64,000 nt of DNA from a virus. Every line of letters starts with the position of its first letter. Position 1 is the first letter of the stretch. Both the position numbers and the translations under genes were made by a program. This document shows positions 28,002 to 36,939 of this stretch, piece after piece. The stretch is from positions 24,101 through 88,100 of the IMG/VR virus record IMGVR_UViG_3300032242_000965; one strand, given 5' to 3'. The notes under the pieces are model-generated. The model did not search any database and was not told the origin of the DNA. It saw only the letters and a list, made by a program, of their open reading frames with translations.

Positions 28002-28547
28002 TTAGAAACCACGTGTATATGCTACTGCAACAACTTTTTGATTATTGTCACCGTTAACACGGTCATACTTCAATGCAACTGTATCTTCTTTGCTTAATGC
28101 ATAAGCCAAAGAATAACGTGCTGTATGTGTTTGGTCATTGTTTTGTGTGCTATCAAAAGCAGAACGGAAACGATATCCAACTTTAGCAGTTAAACCAGCA
28201 ACACCCGGAACTGCTACTGCAATACCTGGCTCAACTGAGTAGTATGTAAAGTCTGTAGTATTAGTATACTTTTGACCAACTGCAGCACGTGCATATAAAC
28301 CAACTGGGCCATTAACTGTAGCACCTGCTTCTAAGCGTGTGCTTAGTGCGTTAGTACCTTCAGTTTGTGCATTAGAGAAAGCCAAGTCACCAGCAAAGCC
28401 ACTGAACTCTTTCTTTACGCCCAAAACATATTGTTGTTGTGCGGCTGCACCTGCGTTGTTGATATGTTGACCTTCAACTGTGAAACTATCTGCGGCCATA
28501 GCGCCAAATGCAGCTAAAACCAATGTTGCGATTGCAATTTTCTTCAT
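28002..28547 (-). CDS. Outer-membrane beta-barrel (porin-like) protein
   Basis: Signal peptide, amphipathic beta strands, C-terminal YxxxF (AYTRGF) BAM signal. Confidence 0.8.
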   Translation of the reverse strand: MKKIAIATLVLAAFGAMAADSFTVEGQHINNAGAAAQQQYVLGVKKEFSGFAGDLAFSNAQTEGTNALSTRLEAGATVNGPVGLYARAAVGQKYTNTTDFTYYSVEPGIAVAVPGVAGLTAKVGYRFRSAFDSTQNNDQTHTARYSLAYALSKEDTVALKYDRVNGDNNQKVVAVAYTRGF

Positions 28548-28620
28548 ATTTTATTTCCTTTTAAATTATGTTTTTTTAAAACATAGCCTAATATTTAGCG
28601 CAAAAAGATTGCGTAATATA

Positions 28621-28905
28621 TTAAGTGTTATCTGGGGGTAACCCATTACTATGTCTGTCACGTACTTCATCCAAATCTTGGAACATTCTTTGCTCTTGTG
28701 TGGTTAATTCCTTGAATGTTTTTCTAGGATTACCACATAAAGCGCATTCTGGATTACCGCAGTCCATAGCGTGGTGTTTAGCAAACTTATGAGGTTCTTT
28801 AACGTCCATTCCATGTTCTTTAGCAATCTTAGTTTGCTTTTTAATAGCGTTTTCATCTTGGTGTAAACGCTTAGAGTGTTTGAATTTGTCTTGTTCGGTG
28901 CTCAT
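28621..28905 (-). CDS. Hypothetical Zn-binding protein (HHAMDCGNPECALCGNPR)
   Basis: ORF track; likely start MSTEQ at 28905. Confidence 0.65.
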   Translation of the reverse strand: MSTEQDKFKHSKRLHQDENAIKKQTKIAKEHGMDVKEPHKFAKHHAMDCGNPECALCGNPRKTFKELTTQEQRMFQDLDEVRDRHSNGLPPDNT

Positions 28906-28924
28906 AGTATAATAATACACTAAA

Positions 28925-29635
28925 CTATGTTGCTTGTCTAGCCTTTGCTAGCCCAAATACACTAAATATGGTCAACCACATATAACCTATATCGAATTCA
29001 TACCACTTCTTAGAGAGACGGGTACTCGCTGGGTCCAAATGGTGGTTGTTGTGCAATTCTTCACCACCAATAATAATACCCCAAGGACTAATATTACGAC
29101 TACAATCTTTAGTTTCGCCATTTCTATATCCTATAAAATGTCCAATGCCGTTTATAACTCCGGCTGCCCAAAAGGGTATCCATATCATTTGTATACCCCA
29201 TATCAATATTCCCCAATATCCAAATACTAACGTATTGAACACAAAGAGAATGCCAATGCCAAGTCTGGAGTGAGGAGTGTATATGTTGTGCTCCATCCAA
29301 TCAGAAGGAGTACCAACACCGTATGTATCAACCATGACTTTATCTTTTGATGCTTCATTATATAAAAATGCTCCTTTAAAGAAAACTCTTTTTATCCCAT
29401 ACACATGTGGGCTATGGGGGTCACCTTCTACGTCACTGTATCTATGATGCTTGCGGTGTATTGCTACCCATTGCTTTGTTACCATGCCGGTAGTAAGCCA
29501 CAACCAGAAACGCATAAAGTGACTTAATATAGGGTGAAAGATTATTCCTTTGTGTGCCTGGCCTCTATGTAAGAATAGAGTGACACAAATGATAGTAATA
29601 TGTGTTACTATCAATGTATAGATTAGATATGTCAT
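28925..29635 (-). CDS. Membrane fatty-acid (delta-9 acyl-lipid/acyl-CoA) desaturase
   Basis: His boxes HRGQAH, HRKHH, HNNHH; DPHSP; GEELHNNHH. Confidence 0.92.
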   Translation of the reverse strand: MTYLIYTLIVTHITIICVTLFLHRGQAHKGIIFHPILSHFMRFWLWLTTGMVTKQWVAIHRKHHRYSDVEGDPHSPHVYGIKRVFFKGAFLYNEASKDKVMVDTYGVGTPSDWMEHNIYTPHSRLGIGILFVFNTLVFGYWGILIWGIQMIWIPFWAAGVINGIGHFIGYRNGETKDCSRNISPWGIIIGGEELHNNHHLDPASTRLSKKWYEFDIGYMWLTIFSVFGLAKARQAT

Positions 29636-29666
29636 ACTCTATTTAGTTAAAAGAGTATGATTTTGG

Positions 29667-29828
29667 TCATTTCTTAGGTTTATTACAGTTTGGATCTTTG
29701 CAAATAGTAGTTCGTTTGGTATCACAATCAGGGCAATTCTTTATAGTTGCACGACTAGGCATATAACTTACCTTTTCATACTTACCCGGTTTATCATTTT
29801 TGCTATAACACATTGTAGACTCTTGCAT
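29667..29828 (-). CDS. Small Cys-rich hypothetical protein
   Basis: SD AGGAG before MQEST; CPDC and CKDPNC. Confidence 0.5.
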   Translation of the reverse strand: MQESTMCYSKNDKPGKYEKVSYMPSRATIKNCPDCDTKRTTICKDPNCNKPKK

Positions 29829-29877
29829 AAGAACTCTCCTATACATATATAACGCGGTAGCAATAGTTTCCGTTGAC

Positions 29878-29901
29878 AAAAGGAAACCTGCCGAAGCAGG
29901 T
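29878..29901 (-). terminator. Terminator at 3' end of tmRNA coding piece
   Basis: ACCTGC-TTCG-GCAGGT-TTCCTTTT. Confidence 0.8.
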
Positions 29902-30300
29902 CCTGAGTTTCTGTTACGAGGTATTTCTTACCCTAGGATGCTTTTATCAAGCAGCCAATGCGAACTGTGAGTCGTTTGCTTTTACTTTTTTTGCTTCTTC
30001 GGTCGGGTCTAACGTCTTTCTATGCTATGGGCATAGCGACTATTACTTTTCCCCCAACCCTAACGGCTTCTACATTGCCGGACTGTCCATTTCATTACTC
30101 TTGACCCTGTCGAATCTAGGTCAGGCCCATCAAAAACATACTATGGTCTATCCGCACTTATAGGTTTCCCTAGAGTAATCCGGTGTACCAGCCCTGATCC
30201 CAACCTTTCGATTTTGTAGAGATTTAAGTATGTTTATGGTGGACCTGGCGGGATTCGCACCCGCGTCCAGAATCCTTTTCAATTCACTTCATACAGTCTT
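29878..30300 (-). ncRNA. ssrA: Circularly permuted (two-piece) tmRNA; tag ANDSQFALAA
   Basis: On the minus strand the acceptor piece ...GGACGCGGGTGCGAATCCCGCCAGGTCCACCA (3' end 30237) comes before the coding piece GGGCCTGACCTAGATTCGAC... (5' end 30128); 7-bp acceptor stem with G3-U70; tag frame 29979-29947 ending TGA TAA. Confidence 0.93.
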
Positions 30301-30306
30301 AACTTG

Positions 30307-30312
30307 TATTTA
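30307..30312 (-). promoter_or_regulatory. TAAATA late-promoter-like element upstream of tmRNA
   Basis: Same motif as upstream of virion genes; about 6 nt before the predicted tmRNA 5' end. Confidence 0.6.
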
Positions 30313-31581
30313 ATCACAACTAAACAATTCTGTAAACATATTTTGGACATATTGACTGTTGTTCTTTCTAAAGACCCAAACAGGTTCTATAAATACACCG
30401 TTCTTACTATTGTCTACAATATTGTGAGGTCTTACTTGCAATCTCATTCCAATCTTACCCAAATAGTGTGCATTTGGGTATGTCAAAATATCGTCAACCA
30501 TATCATCGCATAAGTTCAATCGTGTACCTTTTGCGATTCTAGGTTCAATGATATTAATCATCATATATGCATCATCACGTAATGTATCCCAAATCATGCG
30601 ATTCACTTTGAAAAAGAAGTCATTTTTCCAACTATCAAATGAGGGATATCTACTATAACTCTGTGTCTCACTATTGTTACTTGCATAGCGTTCTGTTTCA
30701 TAGTACGGAGGACTAGTAAAGTAAAAATCAAATTCATTATGATGCTTACTCCAATCTACATCTTCACTAGGTAGATTATATATTGTTACTGATTTACTAC
30801 CAACACAAGTAAAGTAATTATCATATTCTGTTAGTATAGGAGCATGTCCTAACAATCGTTCATACTCAATGCATTGTTGTTTATAAGTATTATAAACTTC
30901 TGGATTAGGATCACATCCTACGTATTTCTCTGTACATCTTGTACCATAGAATCCTGCAAGTCTATCTCCCCAACCACAACTAGTATCTAGTACGTTGACT
31001 GCATCATGTTTTTCATACAATGCTTTTGCAACACTAGGTTTGAATTGTGTTGCAGTATATGTACCAATTCTAAATCCTTCACGGAACATACTATCGTTAA
31101 TATCTCTATTAGCAATGACACCTAATCTCCAGAACTGCCAATTCATCTTTTTTAGTTGATCCATACTATGCCAAATATCCCAGGGACTAGATACAAGATT
31201 ACTACCACACTTCATACGATTTTCTTGTTGAAAGTAATTGCTAACACTATTATAAACGTGTGACTTATCTATAACACCTAATGGGTTATCTTCATACTTA
31301 TATTTGTAATCAACTTTTTCTAATACAACATCAAAGTCTTTATATTCACCCATCATTGATGTATTACGAAACTGTAAAAACAATTCGTTAAGTTCACTTT
31401 TTTCAATGATTCTACTTGGGAAAGGTATGTTGTTACTAGTGATATATTCTGCTAGTGTGTCTCTGATATCTTCTTTGGAATATAGTTGTATAAATTCTTT
31501 CCAATCAACATTACTAATATTAGGTATTCCCCTACTATCGACATGAGTTTGGATATAAGTTAATACGGATTGGTTGAGCAT
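30310..31581 (-). CDS. DNA amino-methyltransferase (m4C/m6A)
   Basis: Motif I VLDTSCGWGDRL, motif IV FTSPPY; upstream TTGCAA-N17-TACAAT (31588-31616). Confidence 0.8.
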   Translation of the reverse strand: MLNQSVLTYIQTHVDSRGIPNISNVDWKEFIQLYSKEDIRDTLAEYITSNNIPFPSRIIEKSELNELFLQFRNTSMMGEYKDFDVVLEKVDYKYKYEDNPLGVIDKSHVYNSVSNYFQQENRMKCGSNLVSSPWDIWHSMDQLKKMNWQFWRLGVIANRDINDSMFREGFRIGTYTATQFKPSVAKALYEKHDAVNVLDTSCGWGDRLAGFYGTRCTEKYVGCDPNPEVYNTYKQQCIEYERLLGHAPILTEYDNYFTCVGSKSVTIYNLPSEDVDWSKHHNEFDFYFTSPPYYETERYASNNSETQSYSRYPSFDSWKNDFFFKVNRMIWDTLRDDAYMMINIIEPRIAKGTRLNLCDDMVDDILTYPNAHYLGKIGMRLQVRPHNIVDNSKNGVFIEPVWVFRKNNSQYVQNMFTELFSCD

Positions 31582-31617
31582 ATTACTATTGTAACATACT
31601 AATTTGTAATTTGCAAA

Positions 31618-31800
31618 TTATTCTTTAGTAGTCTGGTGACAACTACCCACAAGTGTTTTATGTTTGGCTTTGTATTCTTGTCGTTTTTGTTCTGGTGCCT
31701 GCTGACACTCTTGCTTAGTTTTATATTTTGGTGATTCACCGGACTCAGGTGTAGGGCCTAATATGCTGAATGTTAATACCCATAATAAATTCTTGACCAT
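31618..31800 (-). CDS. Small hypothetical protein
   Basis: ORF track; YKTKQEC motif. Confidence 0.55.
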   Translation of the reverse strand: MVKNLLWVLTFSILGPTPESGESPKYKTKQECQQAPEQKRQEYKAKHKTLVGSCHQTTKE

Positions 31801-31910
31801 ATTGCAATTTAGTCACCCATTGTGTCGTTATAGTTTATTATCCATACTACTGCTATTGCACAGATTAAAGTTATTATGGCTTCAAAATATTCCATGATGA
31901 ATTAATTATT

Positions 31911-32291
31911 TTATAATCTTTCAAGTGGATCCCAAGCCAATGTACTATCATTCCAATAATATTGTATTGTGTCGGTAGACGGGGGTTGTGGTATTGGGGG
32001 TTTCCAAGTCCAATCTGAACTATCCATTGACCAACTGGCATATGGTCTTAATGGATAAAATACATCATTTATTCTATCATACTTTCCACCAATTATTGCA
32101 CTATTTCCCCTAAGCGGTTTACCACCATCCGGTTTGCCGTTTACATCATAATGCATATTACGTCTTGTAAATGGATCAGTTTCTATCCAATTATGCGGAT
32201 CCCCAAATTTACCGGAATCAATAGTATGTTTATCACATATGATAATATTAATCACAATGTTATTGTCGTTGATTTGTGCAAAATGACTCAT
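31911..32291 (-). CDS. Hypothetical protein of the type often paired with Gly-rich fibres (MSHFAQI...WKPPIPQP...YWND)
   Basis: ORF track; characteristic motifs. Confidence 0.7.
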   Translation of the reverse strand: MSHFAQINDNNIVINIIICDKHTIDSGKFGDPHNWIETDPFTRRNMHYDVNGKPDGGKPLRGNSAIIGGKYDRINDVFYPLRPYASWSMDSSDWTWKPPIPQPPSTDTIQYYWNDSTLAWDPLERL

Positions 32292-32303
32292 AAAATTAAA
32301 AAA

Positions 32304-33419
32304 TTAAAAAGTAATAGTTTGTGAAGAATCGGTTATTGCATGGAACCATCTTTTACTAGCACCGCTTCCACTACTAGTAACTGTGCCACCAGTTAATGCT
32401 CGTGCAGACCATACATATGAGATAATAACTATACCTTGATATCCAGAAGTAGTATCTAGTCCACCATTTTTACTTGAACCGCCACCGCCACCTGAACCAT
32501 AATTTGTAGCATTTTGTCCCGGGCCATTACCGCCACCGCCAGAGCCGCCGGTGCCGCTATATGAACCTCCTCCGCCACCTGCGTAGGTTACACCATCTGT
32601 CCAAGTTAGTCCTGGTCCACCGTTATATCCTGAATTAGGTCCGCCTGCGCCACCACCTCCACCAATGCCTCCACCGCCACCATCATTTCCATATGCAGGT
32701 TGATTGCCAAAATTTCCAGATGTAGGTTTTGGTTGTGTTGAATAGCCGCCGCGTGGGCCACCTGATCCTCTATGACCTGAACTGCCGCCACCAGAGCCTC
32801 CATCACCACCAGCCATATCGTCTGAGCCTCCACCTAAGCCGCCGCCTATTGCAGTATAACCAAATGCAACAGTACTTCCGCCGTTACCCCCGACACCTCC
32901 GGATCCTATAGTAAATGAATATGATCCTCTAGGAAGATTAAAATTCGCATCAATTAAACCACCGGCGCCACCTCCACCGTTTTCCGCATTATTATCACTA
33001 CCTTGACGAGCATGTCCACCGCCACCACCGCCAAGTATTAATACATTTACAGGAAGTGGATTAGGTACACAAGTATTAGAACCATATGTAATATCTGTAT
33101 AGGTACCGTATGTGCCGTCATTTTTTATAGTATATAAATCAGAACCTGAGCAAGTTGCAGCTGGTTGTCCAGTTACCGAACCATATGGTTCGGGGCCTGC
33201 TTTGCCACGTAGTTGACTCATTGAAATATTAGTTCCAGACGGTGAGGCAGCACCACCATTATTAGCTAGTCTTCTGACTAACGGGTCATTAAATGATATA
33301 GGTAATAGAACATTATTAACTGAGTAATTGGTATCCCCATTACTATTTTGAGCGACATTTAATACTCCTCTAACATTGGAAATTGATAACGCTGCTGGGG
33401 AGGCTGTGGTTGTAGTCAT
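32304..33419 (-). CDS. Glycine-rich virion/adhesin protein
   Basis: Extensive GGG tracts, YAGGGGG, GYQGIVIISY; TAAATA 5 nt upstream. Confidence 0.75.
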   Translation of the reverse strand: MTTTTASPAALSISNVRGVLNVAQNSNGDTNYSVNNVLLPISFNDPLVRRLANNGGAASPSGTNISMSQLRGKAGPEPYGSVTGQPAATCSGSDLYTIKNDGTYGTYTDITYGSNTCVPNPLPVNVLILGGGGGGHARQGSDNNAENGGGGAGGLIDANFNLPRGSYSFTIGSGGVGGNGGSTVAFGYTAIGGGLGGGSDDMAGGDGGSGGGSSGHRGSGGPRGGYSTQPKPTSGNFGNQPAYGNDGGGGGIGGGGGAGGPNSGYNGGPGLTWTDGVTYAGGGGGSYSGTGGSGGGGNGPGQNATNYGSGGGGGSSKNGGLDTTSGYQGIVIISYVWSARALTGGTVTSSGSGASKRWFHAITDSSQTITF

Positions 33420-35361
33420 TCATATATTTATCACAGTAATGCTGGTACAACCATGCCCAGTCATAAGTTAACATGAGTTTTTCTAATCCCCCGTTAACAG
33501 AATCATAGTATTCCATAGCATTTTTTGCACCTAGAATACTCATATTTCCATAATTACCATTACCCACTGTACTCCAACACTCTAGTCTATGCTTGGATTC
33601 CTCATCATTATAGTATTTCAACTTAATACATTCTCTGAAACTAGTTCTCCAGGTATCATATTCGCTTGAATTATATGTGCTAACACCGCTGTTAATTTTT
33701 ACTACTTCAGTGGGACTATCCATAGTATAATCTAATCTCTTGACTTCGGTATTCAATGTAAGTTTACGATTATTTGCTACTATTGCTTGATGTCCATATT
33801 CTAATCCATTGACTGGGTTGGTGCAAGTAAAGATATAGTGACGACTAGATTTCATTCTATTTGGTTGCCAACTAAAGTCAAAGTCATCATTTACTTTTAA
33901 CTTAGCGTTAACTAAAAAGTACCATGGTGTGGTTGATATATTTGCTGCGGCATGTTGGCTTTTAACTCGACCAACAACTCTATCAATTCTATGTATCTTG
34001 TTAGGTAGATTCTTTGTAATCTCTACCAAATGATTATAGTTGTCTTCAGCACAACTCTCCCCATTACTAAAGAATACAATGTCTAATGGTTCTACTTTAG
34101 TAGGGTATCTATGATAAAAAACTTCATGGTAGTCTGATAGTTTATCATATAACTTATAAACCACATCACTGGGTACTATTGCTTCACATTCATTGAGTAT
34201 ATGTAGATATGGTTTGTTTTCAGTATTCGGTAGTATATTTTTATAATCTAATGTAGGTGTACCTACATAAAAATGTACGTACTTACATGAAAACTGATGA
34301 TTTACTACCTCATCAAATATACTATCTATGCATGGTACTTGATTTATAGATAGTTTAGCAACTATATCAGTCATATATTTTGTACCTACACTATCACGTT
34401 GCCTATAGATAATTGTAGGCATACTCTCAGGAGTAAAATATTCATTACCAAATACATATGTATATGGTTCTTCCGTTTCATCGGGGTGCCAACTATAATC
34501 AAAATCATTTACACATTCTACAACTCTAAACTTTTTTGGCATAGGTAAACGTGTTGCGGTTTGTATATCACAATATTTCTTAACAGTGGCATTACGCATA
34601 CTATATATTGGTCCACCTGTCTTTTGCCATTGTGTGCCGAACTCATACATATAAGGTGGTTCAGTATCATCTGGATGCCAACTAAAATCAAAACTATCCA
34701 TGTCAATGCTTTCAGGAATAGTCCATCGTCTTAAACTAGGTAATCGGGTAGCAACTTGAATGTCATTATATTTTATAACTGATGCATCATCAGGTGTATA
34801 TCTTGGTCCACCTGTCTTTTGCCATTGTGTTCCGAACTGATGTATCAGACTAGGCTCATGTGGATGTGGTCTCCAACTATAATCAAAGTCTTCACTAATA
34901 TCATCTGGTATATACCAACGTTCTATTTCAGGCAATAACATTGCCTTGATATCATACATGTATTTCTTTTCTGTTGCACCTTTAACACGATATTGAAATG
35001 AAGGCATGGTATCAACATCATACCATTGATTACCAAATACATAGATAAAGGGTGGCTCGGTATCGTCTGGGTGCCAACTATAGTCAACTGTACAGTTATT
35101 GATTAATGGACGCCAACAACGATTATTAGTATCAGGCAGTCTTCTTGCTATCTGATGGCTTTGATATTTGATACCTTCACTTTCAGGTATAACGAATCTT
35201 GGTCCACCTGTCTTTTGATGTTGTGTTCCAAACTGATGTATATAAGGTCTATCATATGGATCCGGGCGCCAAGTAAAATCAAATTCACTTGTATCTAAAA
35301 AATCAGGGACTTCCCAATATCCTTGCTTGAACAATTCAAGTCTACGACTAACATCTATCAT
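33370..35361 (-). CDS. Repeat protein with C-terminal degenerate GT-A-like domain
   Basis: Five (F/V)D(Y/F)(S/T)W(H/R)P..P..(H/Y)xFGxQ repeats; C-terminus paralogous to 39184..40149. Confidence 0.7.
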   Translation of the reverse strand: MIDVSRRLELFKQGYWEVPDFLDTSEFDFTWRPDPYDRPYIHQFGTQHQKTGGPRFVIPESEGIKYQSHQIARRLPDTNNRCWRPLINNCTVDYSWHPDDTEPPFIYVFGNQWYDVDTMPSFQYRVKGATEKKYMYDIKAMLLPEIERWYIPDDISEDFDYSWRPHPHEPSLIHQFGTQWQKTGGPRYTPDDASVIKYNDIQVATRLPSLRRWTIPESIDMDSFDFSWHPDDTEPPYMYEFGTQWQKTGGPIYSMRNATVKKYCDIQTATRLPMPKKFRVVECVNDFDYSWHPDETEEPYTYVFGNEYFTPESMPTIIYRQRDSVGTKYMTDIVAKLSINQVPCIDSIFDEVVNHQFSCKYVHFYVGTPTLDYKNILPNTENKPYLHILNECEAIVPSDVVYKLYDKLSDYHEVFYHRYPTKVEPLDIVFFSNGESCAEDNYNHLVEITKNLPNKIHRIDRVVGRVKSQHAAANISTTPWYFLVNAKLKVNDDFDFSWQPNRMKSSRHYIFTCTNPVNGLEYGHQAIVANNRKLTLNTEVKRLDYTMDSPTEVVKINSGVSTYNSSEYDTWRTSFRECIKLKYYNDEESKHRLECWSTVGNGNYGNMSILGAKNAMEYYDSVNGGLEKLMLTYDWAWLYQHYCDKYMNDYNHSLPSSVINFQC

Positions 35362-36836
35362 GTGTGTACTTTAATACCATACATCTTTTCAAAACGTCTT
35401 GCGTCACCTTTGTCGTTGACCATAGGCTCACCACGTATGTTTAAACTTGTATTAAGTAACATAGGACATTCTGTCATTACATACCATTTTTCAAGGAGTT
35501 CTCGTATTCCGCTTCCATCATTAGGGACAGTTTGTACACGACTAGTCCCGTCAACATGAACGATAGCAGGAAATAAGTCAGGATTCCTACAAGTAGCGAC
35601 TGATTGCATATACCTACTGTTATTGAAACCACGAGGCATAACAAAATACTGATTAGCATACTCTTCCAGAATAACTGGCGCAAAGGGTCTGAACTTTTGT
35701 CTGCGTTTAATTTCATTTACTTTCTCCTTAATTTCATTACCTCTAGGGTCTGCTAATAGACTACGATTACCTAATGCTCTAGGACCAAACTCTGCTCTAC
35801 CATTAGCAACACCTACTATGTCGCCTCTAAGCAAACTATCAAGTAATTTATTAACAGGATATTTACCTTTTATATCATATCCTAGAAATGCATCTTTCCA
35901 ATCAAGTTTATAATTGAAGCCTAAGGCAGCAGCACCTAAACTACTACCGGCATCCCCTGGATTAGGCATAATCCAAATATTATCAAAATGTTTACTTAGA
36001 TATTGGTTTGCTACACAATTTAATGCAACACCGCCACCATATACTAAATTTCTACTTTCACCGATTATTCTAGCACGTTGCATTACATTATGAATCAATT
36101 TTTCAACTATATATTGACTACTTGTTGCAATATCAATATTGTCTGCACCTTCTAAAAAATCATCAGACACACCTATGTGTAGATTATGTTTGAATTCTAT
36201 GTCTGTACTAGAAATCAATAATTGGTCATACATATCTATGTATTCAGACATGTCTCCATATGCAGCCATGCCCATTAGAATATATTCTTCTTCATTGGGT
36301 TTTAGTCCCACACGCTTAGTCATTGCACTATAGAATAGTCCTATACTGTTTGGATATCGTTGACTCCATAACTTAGTGTAATTAGGGCCTTTATTAGTAT
36401 AACGTGCATCCCAAATACTAATAGTATCGAACTCACCTATAGCATCAATAATAACTACAGTAGCATCAACAAAACTACTAGTTTGAAATCCTGCTGCCGC
36501 ATGTGTCAAATGATGTCCATGTGTATGTATTTTTCTATTCTCAAACATATTGTGAATATCATTACCTATAATATTCTTGGCAAATAATGTATTGAATCTA
36601 GGTTTCTGTCCTGCACGTAGTTGACGTAGGTATTTTAGTGTTGGGTTTTCATAGTAATGAAGTTCATAGTCATCACTAATATATGACAATGCATCCTCTA
36701 CTAATCGTGGGTGTAGATTCTTATCATTTTTAATCTTGCTGTATCGTTCACTATGCCCGGCAAAAACTATGTTGCCACCACTGATAACACTTATACTAGC
36801 ATCGTGAAAGCCTGCGCTAATTCCTATGTAATCCAT
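35358..36836 (-). CDS. NodU/CmcH-family carbamoyltransferase
   Basis: HDAS, ERYS, HHLTHAA, DAIGE, GGVALNC, GDAG, EFGPRALGNRS, FRPFAP, HVDGTSRVQTV, LNTSLN. Confidence 0.93.
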   Translation of the reverse strand: MDYIGISAGFHDASISVISGGNIVFAGHSERYSKIKNDKNLHPRLVEDALSYISDDYELHYYENPTLKYLRQLRAGQKPRFNTLFAKNIIGNDIHNMFENRKIHTHGHHLTHAAAGFQTSSFVDATVVIIDAIGEFDTISIWDARYTNKGPNYTKLWSQRYPNSIGLFYSAMTKRVGLKPNEEEYILMGMAAYGDMSEYIDMYDQLLISSTDIEFKHNLHIGVSDDFLEGADNIDIATSSQYIVEKLIHNVMQRARIIGESRNLVYGGGVALNCVANQYLSKHFDNIWIMPNPGDAGSSLGAAALGFNYKLDWKDAFLGYDIKGKYPVNKLLDSLLRGDIVGVANGRAEFGPRALGNRSLLADPRGNEIKEKVNEIKRRQKFRPFAPVILEEYANQYFVMPRGFNNSRYMQSVATCRNPDLFPAIVHVDGTSRVQTVPNDGSGIRELLEKWYVMTECPMLLNTSLNIRGEPMVNDKGDARRFEKMYGIKVHT

Positions 36837-36837
36837 A

Positions 36838-36939
36838 TCAATATATAAATGGGTCTTTTTTCTTCAACTCTTTGAGTCGTTTACGATACTTATACTCTCT
36901 AAGTATATTCTGATATATTCTCTTAAAAAACTCAATCAT
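36838..36939 (-). CDS. 33-aa basic peptide MIEFFKRIYQNILREYKYRKRLKELKKKDPFIY
   Basis: ATGA overlap upstream, 1-nt gap to the carbamoyltransferase. Confidence 0.7.
   Translation of the reverse strand: MIEFFKRIYQNILREYKYRKRLKELKKKDPFIY

Noticed and set aside
29873-30163. 96-aa + strand ORF
   Set aside because: It is antisense to the tmRNA coding piece and has no protein-like features
30237-30270. tRNA-like T-arm and CCA end
   Set aside because: There is no anticodon arm; it is the tmRNA acceptor piece
31809-31895. 28-aa hydrophobic ORF MEYFEAIITLICAIAVVWII...
   Set aside because: Plausible but too short and without an SD, so it cannot be supported
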